A DNA stretch of 64,000 nucleotides, taken from positions 64,001 through 128,000 of IMG/VR virus record IMGVR_UViG_3300036985_002246, one strand, 5' to 3'. This stretch comes from a virus. The position numbers and the translations under genes are program-made. Each line of letters starts with the position of its first letter. Within the stretch, counting starts at the first letter, position 1. Below are positions 10,258 to 17,332 of this stretch, piece by piece. The notes under the pieces were generated by a model. The model had not been told where the DNA came from. It did no database searches and worked only from the letters and a program-made list of their open reading frames with translations.

Positions 10258-11568
10258 ATGATCCCCAACCTCAAGTTCGCTGGCCTCTGGGACGAAATGG
10301 ACGTGCTCGCTCGGGCGCAGTTCTTCGAGGGCTACCTGCACGTCCCGCCGTTCAAGAAGATCCGTGGGACCACAGGGAAGCCTGGCCTCCTGAAGGTGAT
10401 CCGGGAAGCCCTCGCTGAGATCGGCGGCACGCCCAATCCCGAGTGGGGTTCCTCAGGGGACACCCGGCTCTACCGGTCGGCGTGGGTCGTCACCAACCGC
10501 GTGATCGAGTCCCAGAAGGCGGAGCGGACGACCGAAGCCGTGGACGTGCTCCAAGCGATGATGGGCCTCTCCGGCTGGACCGACGACGCAGGCGACCTGA
10601 TTGAACTCGGCGACAAGCCCCCCTTCTGGAAGGCCGGGAAGCATATCGCTGAGCACCTCTCCGAGAAGTTCACCTCCGGGAAGCTGGCCCCTGCGGACGT
10701 TTCAGGGCTGATCGTCAAGCCCGTCCGTGACCGGGCCATGGACGCGGTCCTCCAGGAGAAGGCTCGCGCCAAGAAGCGCCAAGAGAACCAGGAACTGATC
10801 GAGGACGAGTCCCTGGGCACGACGGGTGAGGAGGAAGAAGATTGGGGTCAGGTGATCGACGCTATCTTCGCGAACCCCGAGAACCCGATCTCCAAGAGGT
10901 TCTTCTCCTGGCTCGTCCGGCAACTCCCGAGCGTCATGCGCAAGGGCGAGGGCTCCCGGCTGATCACCAACTACCTCGACCTGCTGAAGGCGGGCCTCGT
11001 CAAGAGCGACACCGAAGCCGCTGAAGCACTCGGGACGAGCCCGTCCGGCCTCTCGAACACCAAGAAGGTGTTCACCGAGTCCATGGCCGGGTATATCAAG
11101 CACAACCCCAACGTCGAGGAGGAACTGGAGGATATGTTCTCCGACGCCCACTTCCTCCGCAATCTGCTCCGTGGTCGCGTGCGTGGCGACAAGGTTGCGA
11201 CCCTCGCCCAGAAGATTGCGGCCCGCCACCTGGCCCGCCTGGAGAAGTCCGCCAAGAGCTTCAAGTTCAAGCGGGACGTGAAGCTCAAGAGCGGCACGGT
11301 CATTCCGAAGGGCGCTGAGGCTCAGGTCAAGTACAACCAGTCGGTCGTCGCGGACGTGACGGTCGAGGGGGTTGAGAAGCCCGTGAAGATCTCGGTCGCG
11401 GCCCTGACCAGGCTGCTGGACGGGTACCCGAAAATGCCCACCGTGGCGCGGCTGGAGAAGATGTCCAACGACGGGATCGCGGCCACGCCCATGGGCGAGA
11501 GGGTCGAACCCGACGGTTATGGACCCTCTGGAGCGCCGTCGTGGCTGCTCGTCGCTGGCGTGATCTGA
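10258..11568 (+). CDS. hypothetical protein with HTH-like segment and C-terminal VEPDG..PSWLL domain
   Basis: long ORF with GC-rich codon bias; DTEAAEALGTSPSGLSNTKK HTH-like; QKIAARHL motif. Confidence 0.65.
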   Translation: MIPNLKFAGLWDEMDVLARAQFFEGYLHVPPFKKIRGTTGKPGLLKVIREALAEIGGTPNPEWGSSGDTRLYRSAWVVTNRVIESQKAERTTEAVDVLQAMMGLSGWTDDAGDLIELGDKPPFWKAGKHIAEHLSEKFTSGKLAPADVSGLIVKPVRDRAMDAVLQEKARAKKRQENQELIEDESLGTTGEEEEDWGQVIDAIFANPENPISKRFFSWLVRQLPSVMRKGEGSRLITNYLDLLKAGLVKSDTEAAEALGTSPSGLSNTKKVFTESMAGYIKHNPNVEEELEDMFSDAHFLRNLLRGRVRGDKVATLAQKIAARHLARLEKSAKSFKFKRDVKLKSGTVIPKGAEAQVKYNQSVVADVTVEGVEKPVKISVAALTRLLDGYPKMPTVARLEKMSNDGIAATPMGERVEPDGYGPSGAPSWLLVAGVI

Positions 11569-11590
11569 CCCTCCCAGAAAGATTGAACCC

Positions 11591-12094
11591 ATGTCCCTGC
11601 GCTCGAAGGTCATTCGCCTCGCCTCGTCCCTCCCCCCAGGTCCCAATCGGAACGCACTGCTGCGCGTTCTGACGGGTGCCTCGAAGCACCTCCCGCTCAC
11701 CGGGATCATTGCCGGGTACCAGGAGGGCGAGGGCCGGGAACTCAATATGCTCGGGCCGTTCGTCACCGCCGCGAAGTGGTACGACACCATGAAGAAGGCG
11801 TTGGAGTGGTCCGAGGGCGGCTACAACAACTTCGAGGTCAAGAAGGCGGCGGCCATGCTGAAGCGCATGGAGAAGGCCGACCCGACCCTGACGTTCGCGC
11901 CGGGCCGAGAGGGCTCCCCCGTCCTGTACGTCTCGGGCAGCCGTGAGGCTCTGCTCAAGGTGTGGCCGATCGCCAAGCGGTCCGGGGCGGACGAGATTCA
12001 CCTCGCAGCGAACCCGACCCCCCACGGCCCGTTCTTCAACCCGAAGAGCCCAGACCTCCCTGAACAGGCGTTCCTCCGGCTCTGGTGGGACTGA
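11591..12094 (+). CDS. hypothetical protein
   Basis: 167 aa; N-terminal MSLRSKVIRLAS resembles the N-terminus of 919..1821. Confidence 0.7.
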   Translation: MSLRSKVIRLASSLPPGPNRNALLRVLTGASKHLPLTGIIAGYQEGEGRELNMLGPFVTAAKWYDTMKKALEWSEGGYNNFEVKKAAAMLKRMEKADPTLTFAPGREGSPVLYVSGSREALLKVWPIAKRSGADEIHLAANPTPHGPFFNPKSPDLPEQAFLRLWWD

Positions 12095-12822
12095 CCCAGC
12101 AGAGCCAGTCGAGAACCCTGCCGCCCCGGCAGCCAGACAGCCCCAGGAGCCCTCGCGGCCCTGGGGCTGTCCCTTTCGTCCTCCGAGACGCCTGGAGGCT
12201 CCTGCGGGCGGCCAGGAGGCCGCCTGGACCACTTTCCGTCTGGACAGCCGCTGGGCGCTCCTGTATAGCTCGGACGGTTCTTTCGCCCGGTCCTTCCACA
12301 AGGGGACCGGGACGCGAAATTCCCTCCCGGTCTGGCACCTTCCCCCCGTCCCCCGCAAGGAGGCCGAGGAAACGAATAGCCTGGGGTCAGAGGGGCTCCC
12401 CACCAACAAGGGGCTCCATGGGGTTCGGACCCGAGAGGGTTGCAGAGGTCAGTACCAACCCTGACCAGGCGCTGCCGAAAGAACTCCCGCTCAGAGGAAT
12501 CCTCCTCCAGAAGGAACCAACAAGGACCACTGCACGAGTCAGCCTACGCAATGAGGCTCTCAGAGGTAGTTCCCAGTGAACATACCTCCTCAGACAGACT
12601 ACCTCCCAATCCCGATGGCGGTTTGAACCCTCCCCGACAGGGTTCAGACCAGAAGGACAAGGATCTCACCGTAAGGGAGATCTGACTACCTGACTCCCTC
12701 CCAACCAGGAGGACCAAGTCAAGTAGAAGGGAACCTGGGTAGCTGACTGATCGTGGAACCAATCACCACCTGAACCTGAACCACCCAAGTACCTGCTCCT
12801 CTGCTGCTTCTCGTTCCTGCTC

Positions 12823-12918
12823 TGCTTCTGGTTCCCCTGCCTACTGCTCCTGTTCTGCTGCTGCTTCTGGTTCCCCTGCCTACTGCTCCTGTTCTGCTGC
12901 TGCTTCTGGTTCCCCTGC
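12823..12918. repeat. 39-bp tandem repeat, about 2.5 copies
   Basis: TGCTTCTGGTTCCCCTGCCTACTGCTCCTGTTCTGCTGC at 12823 and 12862, partial copy at 12901. Confidence 0.85.
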
Positions 12919-13131
12919 TGGTTCCTGCTCTGGTCACTGTTCCCGTAGTCATAGTGGTAGTGGTCCCTGTCCGTGTAGGAAGAACACTCGCTGGTCAGTA
13001 GGATTGGGTGAGGTAGACCTGGAATGAGGTCTGCCATGGCACCTCATTGGTTCCTGCTTGGGATTGGAGCCCTATAGGGTTCTCCCAGGTAGAAGAGTCC
13101 TGTTTGGCAGAGGCTCCTCACGAGAGAACTC

Positions 13132-13461
13132 ATGACAAGTCCCTATCGGTCGAACGTCTCGTTCACTAGGTTGGTGGACGACTGCTGGGAGACCCTCCAG
13201 GGGAAGCGGAGCGTCTCGTTCCCTCTGGGCAGTCGAGCAGCACCCTCCAACGTCGTCTTCGTGTTCCCGAGGTTCGACGTGGGGTACTACTGGGAACTCT
13301 GGGACCAGGTGATCGCTCCGACCCTACTTGCCCTGAGCTTGCAGCCACCGACCTGCTTGGGGGGCTGGAACAACCTGAGCACCAGGACGACCGTGGAGGC
13401 CGCCCTGCTTGCGGCCCTGAACGCCTCAGATTGGGCGGCCAAGGTCGATTTCACGTCCTGA
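13132..13461 (+). CDS. hypothetical protein
   Basis: 109-aa ORF with GAGAG upstream and plausible composition. Confidence 0.55.
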   Translation: MTSPYRSNVSFTRLVDDCWETLQGKRSVSFPLGSRAAPSNVVFVFPRFDVGYYWELWDQVIAPTLLALSLQPPTCLGGWNNLSTRTTVEAALLAALNASDWAAKVDFTS

Positions 13462-13485
13462 GGGGGGGTCACCCCGCTCCGACCT

Positions 13486-13494
13486 GGCGTAAGG
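13486..13494 (+). promoter_or_regulatory. GGCGTAAGG candidate phage promoter -10 element
   Basis: recurrent motif; here 14 nt upstream of the first Y-like RNA with no ORF start nearby. Confidence 0.4.
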
Positions 13495-13507
13495 TACTTC
13501 GGCCCTT

Positions 13508-13568
13508 GGTTGAATGCTCGCAGGGACTACAATCCAAAACGTGCCGTCCCTGCAAACTCTCGTCAGCC
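13508..13568 (+). ncRNA. Y-RNA-like scaffold copy 1 (minimal)
   Basis: GGTTGA/TCAGCC terminal stem, GAATGC, CAGGGAC/GTCCCTG inner stem, TACA, CTCGTC. Confidence 0.65.
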
Positions 13569-13614
13569 CATGGCCCCTCTTCCCCTGAGAATTCCGGCCT
13601 GAAACCGGCCCTAG

Positions 13615-13645
13615 AAAAAAAAGATCGACCCCATGTCGATTTTCT
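13615..13645. terminator. possible bidirectional intrinsic terminator
   Basis: A8 run, GATCGAC-CCCAT-GTCGATT hairpin, then TTTCT. Confidence 0.4.
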
Positions 13646-13968
13646 CTGGACAGGTCACGGGACTTCGTTCACCCTCACCACTCTAGCTCCCTACCCACAA
13701 CCGAACCGGCCATGACTTCCAGAATCCAACCCACAACGCCTTCACACAGGTATCCGGCCTCCAAGCCGAATATGGTGTGGTGCGCCTTGTCCGTCGGAAG
13801 CTCGGATCTGTTCGAGAACCTCCGTCAGGCGGGTACCACCGGGTGACCTAGATCTACATCCTCACTGAGGACGCGACTAGGGCCACCCAGGGAAACCGGG
13901 GTGGCCCTTCTCGTTTCTGGACCTTCAACTTCTCAAGGAACACGCGGCGACTGGTCGGAGAACACAAC

Positions 13969-14051
13969 GGAGACGATGCGAGTGGTCTCGCAAGCGGACT
14001 GTAACCCCGCTCCCCTTCGGGGGATTTCAGGTTCGATTCCTGGCGGCTCCA
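13969..14051 (+). tRNA. tRNA-Tyr(GTA)
   Basis: cloverleaf with long variable arm, loop CT-GTA-AC. Confidence 0.85.
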
Positions 14052-14119
14052 CTACTCGAACGAGTGAGGTGCGAATGTTCAGAACACAACTCAAACCCGC
14101 CGACGCCCAGCACACGCTT

Positions 14120-14195
14120 GGGGTCGTAGCTCAGTAGGCAGAGCAGCGGGCTTTTACCCCGACGGTCGAGGGTTCGACGCCCTCCGGCCCCACCA
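14120..14195 (+). tRNA. tRNA-Lys(TTT)
   Basis: cloverleaf, loop CT-TTT-AC, CCA encoded. Confidence 0.9.
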
Positions 14196-14211
14196 AGTTC
14201 AGTTCGCTCAT

Positions 14212-14246
14212 ACCGTCGTAGCTCAGTTGGGAGAGCAGCCGGTTCT
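14212..14246 (+). pseudogene. orphan tRNA 5' half, broken at the anticodon loop
   Basis: acceptor 5' strand, D arm GCTC-AGTTGGGA-GAGC and GCCGG-TTCT, with no 3' half. Confidence 0.7.
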
Positions 14247-14299
14247 CCGTATGCTCTTTGGCTCTTACCCTCAGTGTGCATTCAGAGTATGCTGTGGGC

Positions 14300-14725
14300 A
14301 TGGATCAGAAACTGTGCTCTAGGTGCAAGACGCGAAAGCCCGCAGAGGCATTTGCCAGAAACAGTGCGAAGAAGGACGGGAGGCAGCAACACTGTAGGGA
14401 GTGCAAGTCGAAGATAGACGCTGCCTACTACAAGGAGAACCCAGGCAGGATCCGCGACGGGAAGAAGCGTTCTGTGGAGCGCGCAAAGAAGATGGTCGAG
14501 GACTTCTTGCGCAAGTCCAAATGCGTTGTCTGCGGCAACGACGATTGGGTTGTTCTGGAGTTCGACCACCTGGGGGACAAGCTCTACGACGTTTCAACCA
14601 TGGTGCAGGACGGGCTGGGGTTGGAAACCATAATGAGGGAGATCGAGAAGTGTGAGGTAGTCTGCGCGAATTGCCATAGGCGCAGGACCTACCAAAGAGG
14701 GAAGACGTGGCGTTTGGGACGATAG
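14300..14725 (+). CDS. HNH endonuclease, homing type
   Basis: CSRC/CREC zinc pairs, CVVCG..LEFDHL..KCEVVCANCHRRRT; stop codon lies inside tRNA-Lys(CTT). Confidence 0.85.
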   Translation: MDQKLCSRCKTRKPAEAFARNSAKKDGRQQHCRECKSKIDAAYYKENPGRIRDGKKRSVERAKKMVEDFLRKSKCVVCGNDDWVVLEFDHLGDKLYDVSTMVQDGLGLETIMREIEKCEVVCANCHRRRTYQRGKTWRLGR

Positions 14726-14786
14726 CTCAGTGGTAGAGCAACCGGTTCTTACCCGGTCGATCAGAGTTCGATTCTCTGCCGTCCCA
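14716..14786 (+). tRNA. tRNA-Lys(CTT)
   Basis: ACCGG-TT-CTT-AC-CCGGT arm, full cloverleaf. Confidence 0.85.
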
Positions 14787-14793
14787 CTCTTGA

Positions 14794-14864
14794 TCCGGGT
14801 TCGTCCAATGGCAGGACAGTCGCCTCTGGAGCGGCATATCGGGGTTCGAGTCCCTGACCCGGAA
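14794..14864 (+). tRNA. tRNA-Gln(CTG)
   Basis: GTCGC-CT-CTG-GA-GCGGC arm, cloverleaf. Confidence 0.9.
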
Positions 14865-14873
14865 CTGGTTCTG

Positions 14874-14894
14874 TGCTCTCTGACAACTGAATAG
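14874..14894 (+). promoter_or_regulatory. boxA-like antitermination sequence
   Basis: TGCTCTCTGACAACTGAATAG resembles rrn boxA (TGCTCTTTAACA) and the GAAAACTGAATA-type spacer context. Confidence 0.4.
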
Positions 14895-14990
14895 GACTTC
14901 TTCGAGGCGCTCCCCAAGAGCGCAGAGCGAGGACTCCCGTGCCCGGACGGCCCCCAAGGGCGGCGGACACGGGAGGGCCTCACTCACCAT

Positions 14991-15062
14991 TCCAGGATAG
15001 CTCAGTGGAAGAGCGCCCGGCTGTTAACCGGGTGGTCGCAGGTTCGACCCCTGCTCCTGGAG
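14991..15062 (+). tRNA. tRNA-Asn(GTT)
   Basis: CCCGG-CT-GTT-AA-CCGGG arm. Confidence 0.9.
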
Positions 15063-15065
15063 CTA

Positions 15066-15133
15066 GGACGAATGCAAGCTGGGAGTACATTCTACTTTCA
15101 AGAAACCCACTCTCAGCGAACACCTTGTCGTCC
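15066..15133 (+). ncRNA. Y-RNA-like scaffold copy 2
   Basis: GGACGA/TCGTCC stem, GAATGC, CTGGGAGT/ACTCTCAG stem, TACAT, CTTGTC. Confidence 0.7.
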
Positions 15134-15146
15134 GACTACTTCCCAT

Positions 15147-15218
15147 AGGTCACGGTCAGGGTAACCGGGCGAGACTCCAAATCTTGCCGTCTGCGGGGTT
15201 CGAGTCCTCGGTGGCCTG
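15147..15218 (+). tRNA. tRNA-Trp(CCA), short D arm
   Basis: AGGTCAC/GTGGCCT acceptor, loop CT-CCA-AA. Confidence 0.8.
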
Positions 15219-15221
15219 CTA

Positions 15222-15356
15222 GGGCGAATGCTCGTGGGGACTACATCTCCAATCTGAAGGGGCTGCCGGAAGGCAGTCTCTCCAATCTGAAGGGGCTGCC
15301 GGAAGGTAGCCCTGGTCGTCGCAAGACGGCTCAGGTCCCCACACCTCTCGTCGCCT
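15222..15356 (+). ncRNA. Y-RNA-like scaffold copy 3, with tandem GNRA hairpins
   Basis: GGGCGA/TCGCCT stem, GAATGC, GACTACAT, 33-nt-period duplication, CTCGTC. Confidence 0.7.
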
Positions 15357-15362
15357 GACTCT

Positions 15363-15433
15363 GCCGCGTGATGCGCTTGGAGCGCAGCCTCTCTGTCTAA
15401 GAGGTGAAAGGGGTTCGATTCCCCTACGTGGCG
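15363..15433 (+). tRNA. tRNA-Asp(GTC)
   Basis: CCTCT-CT-GTC-TA-AGAGG arm. Confidence 0.85.
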
Positions 15434-15443
15434 CTGATCCCAT

Positions 15444-15517
15444 GCAACGGTAGCTCAGTTGGTAGAGCACTTGGCTGAAGACCAGGGTGTCGTCGGTTCG
15501 ACTCCGACCCGTTTGCA
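15444..15517 (+). tRNA. tRNA-Phe(GAA)
   Basis: loop CT-GAA-GA; one extra T bulged in the acceptor 3' strand. Confidence 0.8.
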
Positions 15518-15520
15518 CTA

Positions 15521-15620
15521 CGACGAATGCAGCCGAGACTACAAGCACTTGGTTGACTTCCTCGCCGCAAGGTGAGGTGGCCCGTTCGACTCGGGCAACG
15601 TCTCGGCGCTCTTGTCGTCG
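15521..15620 (+). ncRNA. Y-RNA-like scaffold copy 4, with T arm
   Basis: CGACGA/TCGTCG stem, GAATGC, GACTACA, GCAA-capped hairpin, GCCCG-TTCGACT-CGGGC, CTTGTC. Confidence 0.7.
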
Positions 15621-15624
15621 TTCT

Positions 15625-15696
15625 CAGGGTGTAGCTCAGTGGAAGAGTGCCGCGTTTGGGGCGCGGAAGTCGCGGGTTCGACCCCCGCCACCCTGA
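15625..15696 (+). tRNA. tRNA-Pro(TGG)
   Basis: CCGCG-TT-TGG-GG-CGCGG arm. Confidence 0.9.
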
Positions 15697-15698
15697 CT

Positions 15699-15823
15699 CG
15701 TGTGAATGCTCGATTGGGACTACATCAACTCATACATGATCATGCTGGGTTCGATTCCCAGACGCGCCTACTATGGCGCGTGCAAGGAAGCCTGAAAAAC
15801 GTCTCTTTCACTCTCGTCACACG
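15699..15823 (+). ncRNA. Y-RNA-like scaffold copy 5, degenerate permuted tRNA module
   Basis: CGTGTGA/TCACACG stem, GAATGC, GACTACAT, T arm CTGGG-TTCGATT-CCCAG, then capped 7-bp stem ACGCGCC/GGCGCGT. Confidence 0.7.
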
Positions 15824-15832
15824 TTCAATTTC

Positions 15833-15905
15833 GGGGCAGTAGCTCAGTTGGGAGAGTGTCCGCTTCGCACGCGGAAGGTCGGAGGTTCAACCCCTCTCTG
15901 CTCCA
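15833..15905 (+). tRNA. tRNA-Ala(CGC)
   Basis: TCCGC-TT-CGC-AC-GCGGA arm, G3:U70. Confidence 0.9.
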
Positions 15906-15907
15906 CT

Positions 15908-15988
15908 GGTGGGAATACTCGACGGGGATTACATCTACTGAAACGGAACTGGGGCTCACGCCCCAATCTCTGTCACCCTTGTCCCACC
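15908..15988 (+). ncRNA. Y-RNA-like scaffold copy 6
   Basis: GGTGGGA/TCCCACC stem, GAATAC, GATTACAT, CTTGTC. Confidence 0.65.
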
Positions 15989-15991
15989 TAT

Positions 15992-16064
15992 GTCCCTGTC
16001 GGCTAGTTGGCTAGGCCGCTGCCCTCTCAAGGCGGAAACCGGGGTTCAAATCCCCGCAGGGACG
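15992..16064 (+). tRNA. tRNA-Glu(CTC)
   Basis: CTGCC-CT-CTC-AA-GGCGG arm. Confidence 0.9.
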
Positions 16065-16074
16065 CTCAGTTCAT

Positions 16075-16147
16075 GTCTTCGTAGCTCAGTGGATAGAGCA
16101 GGCGTTTCCTAAACGCAAGATCGGAGGTTCGAGTCCTCCCGGAGACG
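16075..16147 (+). tRNA. tRNA-Arg(CCT)
   Basis: loop TT-CCT-AA, cloverleaf. Confidence 0.9.
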
Positions 16148-16150
16148 CTA

Positions 16151-16281
16151 GGGCGAATACTCGTGGGGACTACATCAACCAGTGGGTCGGTGGTTCGAGT
16201 CCACCTCCTCGTCGAAAGGCGAGGGTAGCTCAGTTGGTAGAGCAACCGGCAACCAAACGGTCTCCACACTTCTCGTCGCCC
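16151..16281 (+). ncRNA. YrlA-like Y RNA (scaffold copy 7) with circularly permuted tRNA domain
   Basis: GGGCGA/TCGCCC stem; T arm GGTGG-TTCGAGT-CCACC, then GAAA-capped acceptor-like stem, then D arm TA-GCTC-AGTTGGTA-GAGC; near a Ro60 gene. Confidence 0.8.
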
Positions 16282-16290
16282 GACTTCTAT

Positions 16291-16366
16291 GGTGGCTGTA
16301 GCTCAACGGAAGAGCGCCCGGCTGTGAACCGGGTTACGGAGGGTTCAACTCCCCCCAGTCACCCCA
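16291..16366 (+). tRNA. tRNA-His(GTG)
   Basis: G-1, C73, loop CT-GTG-AA, CCA encoded. Confidence 0.9.
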
Positions 16367-16373
16367 ATCTCCC

Positions 16374-16447
16374 CGGCGCGTAGCTCAATGGTCTGAGCAC
16401 TCGGCTGATAACCGAGAGAGTGGTAGGTTCGATTCCTCCCGCGCCGA
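16374..16447 (+). tRNA. tRNA-Ile(GAT)
   Basis: CTCGG-CT-GAT-AA-CCGAG arm. Confidence 0.9.
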
Positions 16448-16453
16448 CTGATT

Positions 16454-16525
16454 CGTCCAGTAGCTCAGCGGGAGAGCGCCGTCTCGACAAGGCGGAGGCC
16501 GTGGGTTCGACACCCACCTGGACGA
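16454..16525 (+). tRNA. tRNA-Val(GAC)
   Basis: loop TC-GAC-AA (C33). Confidence 0.85.
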
Positions 16526-16541
16526 CTGCTAGAGTACTGAT

Positions 16542-16616
16542 TGCGGGATGGGGGAGTCTGGTCTACCCCGTCGGCCTCATAAGCCGGAGACACAGGTTCA
16601 AATCCTGTTCCCGCAC
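16542..16616 (+). tRNA. tRNA-Met(CAT), initiator-like
   Basis: TGCGGGA/TCCCGCA acceptor, loop CT-CAT-AA, TTCAAAT T loop; initiator status uncertain. Confidence 0.75.
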
Positions 16617-16620
16617 CTAC

Positions 16621-16682
16621 GCCGGATTCCCACCTCCAGGGTGCCCAGGGAATGGGAGCACCACCCTGGGGGTCCGGCACCA
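16621..16682 (+). ncRNA. minihelix-like hairpin ending in ACCA
   Basis: GCCGGAT/GTCCGGC stem plus 11-bp upper stem, followed directly by A-CCA. Confidence 0.45.
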
Positions 16683-16778
16683 CTTCACCGTCACCTGTCC
16701 GAGACGCCTCCACAGCGGGCGGTAAGGTAGACGAGTCTGGTCTCCGGTTCGAGTCCGGCGCGCAGGTGGTGGTGAAGT
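16682..16778 (+). ncRNA. T-arm-containing RNA closed by a 16-bp stem
   Basis: ACTTCACCGTCACCTG/CAGGTGGTGGTGAAGT and CCGG-TTCGAGT-CCGG. Confidence 0.45.
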
Positions 16779-16780
16779 TC

Positions 16781-16853
16781 GGGCTGGTAGCTCAGTTGGG
16801 AGAGCGCCTCCATGGCATGGAGGAGGTCAGGGGTTCGATTCCCCTCCGGTCCA
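16781..16853 (+). tRNA. tRNA-Ala(GGC)
   Basis: CCTCC-AT-GGC-AT-GGAGG arm. Confidence 0.9.
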
Positions 16854-16862
16854 CTGGTTCAT

Positions 16863-16938
16863 GGGGACGTAGCTCAGTTGGGAGAGCGCGGGCTTTGCAA
16901 GCCTGAGGTCGCAGGTTCAATCCCTGTCGTCTCCACCA
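16863..16938 (+). tRNA. tRNA-Ala(TGC)
   Basis: loop TT-TGC-AA, CCA encoded. Confidence 0.9.
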
Positions 16939-16939
16939 T

Positions 16940-17012
16940 GCCTTCGTAGCTCAGTTGGAAGAGCACTCCCCCGGTACGGGAGAGGTCGTCGGTTCGACCC
17001 CGACCGAAGGCT
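16940..17012 (+). tRNA. tRNA-Thr(GGT)
   Basis: CTCCC-CC-GGT-AC-GGGAG arm (C33). Confidence 0.85.
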
Positions 17013-17021
17013 CTAGTTCAT

Positions 17022-17092
17022 GCGGGCATGGTCAAGTGGCTTGGCCTCGGGCTTCCAACCCGAAGACGCGAGTTCGATTCTCGCTGCCCGCT
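17022..17092 (+). tRNA. tRNA-Gly(TCC)
   Basis: TCGGG-CT-TCC-AA-CCCGA arm. Confidence 0.9.
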
Positions 17093-17106
17093 CTCAGATT
17101 GGTCTT

Positions 17107-17178
17107 GCGGGTGTGGCTCAGTGGTAGAGCATCAGCTTCCCATGCTGAACGTCGTGGGTTCGACTCCCATCACCCGCT
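17107..17178 (+). tRNA. tRNA-Gly(CCC)
   Basis: TCAGC-TT-CCC-AT-GCTGA arm. Confidence 0.9.
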
Positions 17179-17187
17179 CTGATTCGT

Positions 17188-17253
17188 GAGCCGAATACTC
17201 GGTCGGGAGTACATCTTTTGGTGATACCCCTCTCGATCAATCCTCGTCGGCTC
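17188..17253 (+). ncRNA. Y-RNA-like scaffold copy 8 (minimal)
   Basis: GAGCCGA/TCGGCTC stem, GAATAC, GAGTACAT, CTCGTC. Confidence 0.7.
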
Positions 17254-17256
17254 TTT

Positions 17257-17328
17257 GACGCGGTCCTCCCGGCTGGAGGCAACAGATTGCAACCCTGTTT
17301 GAGGTGAGTTCAACTCTCACCCGCGTCT
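17257..17328 (+). tRNA. tRNA-Cys(GCA)
   Basis: GACGCGG/CCGCGTC acceptor, U73, GCA anticodon. Confidence 0.85.
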
Positions 17329-17332
17329 CTAT

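Noticed and set aside
13740-13910. Ninth Y-like copy (GCCGAATAT..CTTGTC, CTACATC)
   Set aside because: The motif pieces are present but not in the right order or pairing, so it was not counted.
14212-14786. Group I intron in a tRNA anticodon loop
   Set aside because: The upstream 5' half cannot pair with the downstream acceptor strand, the downstream tRNA is already complete, and I see no P/Q/R/S core.
13500-17260. CRISPR array or simple repeat explanation for the recurring GAATGC..TACA elements
   Set aside because: The copies are not identical, not evenly spaced and are separated by tRNAs; conservation is structural. No cas operon is present (the 37331 nuclease is a stand-alone PD-(D/E)XK protein).
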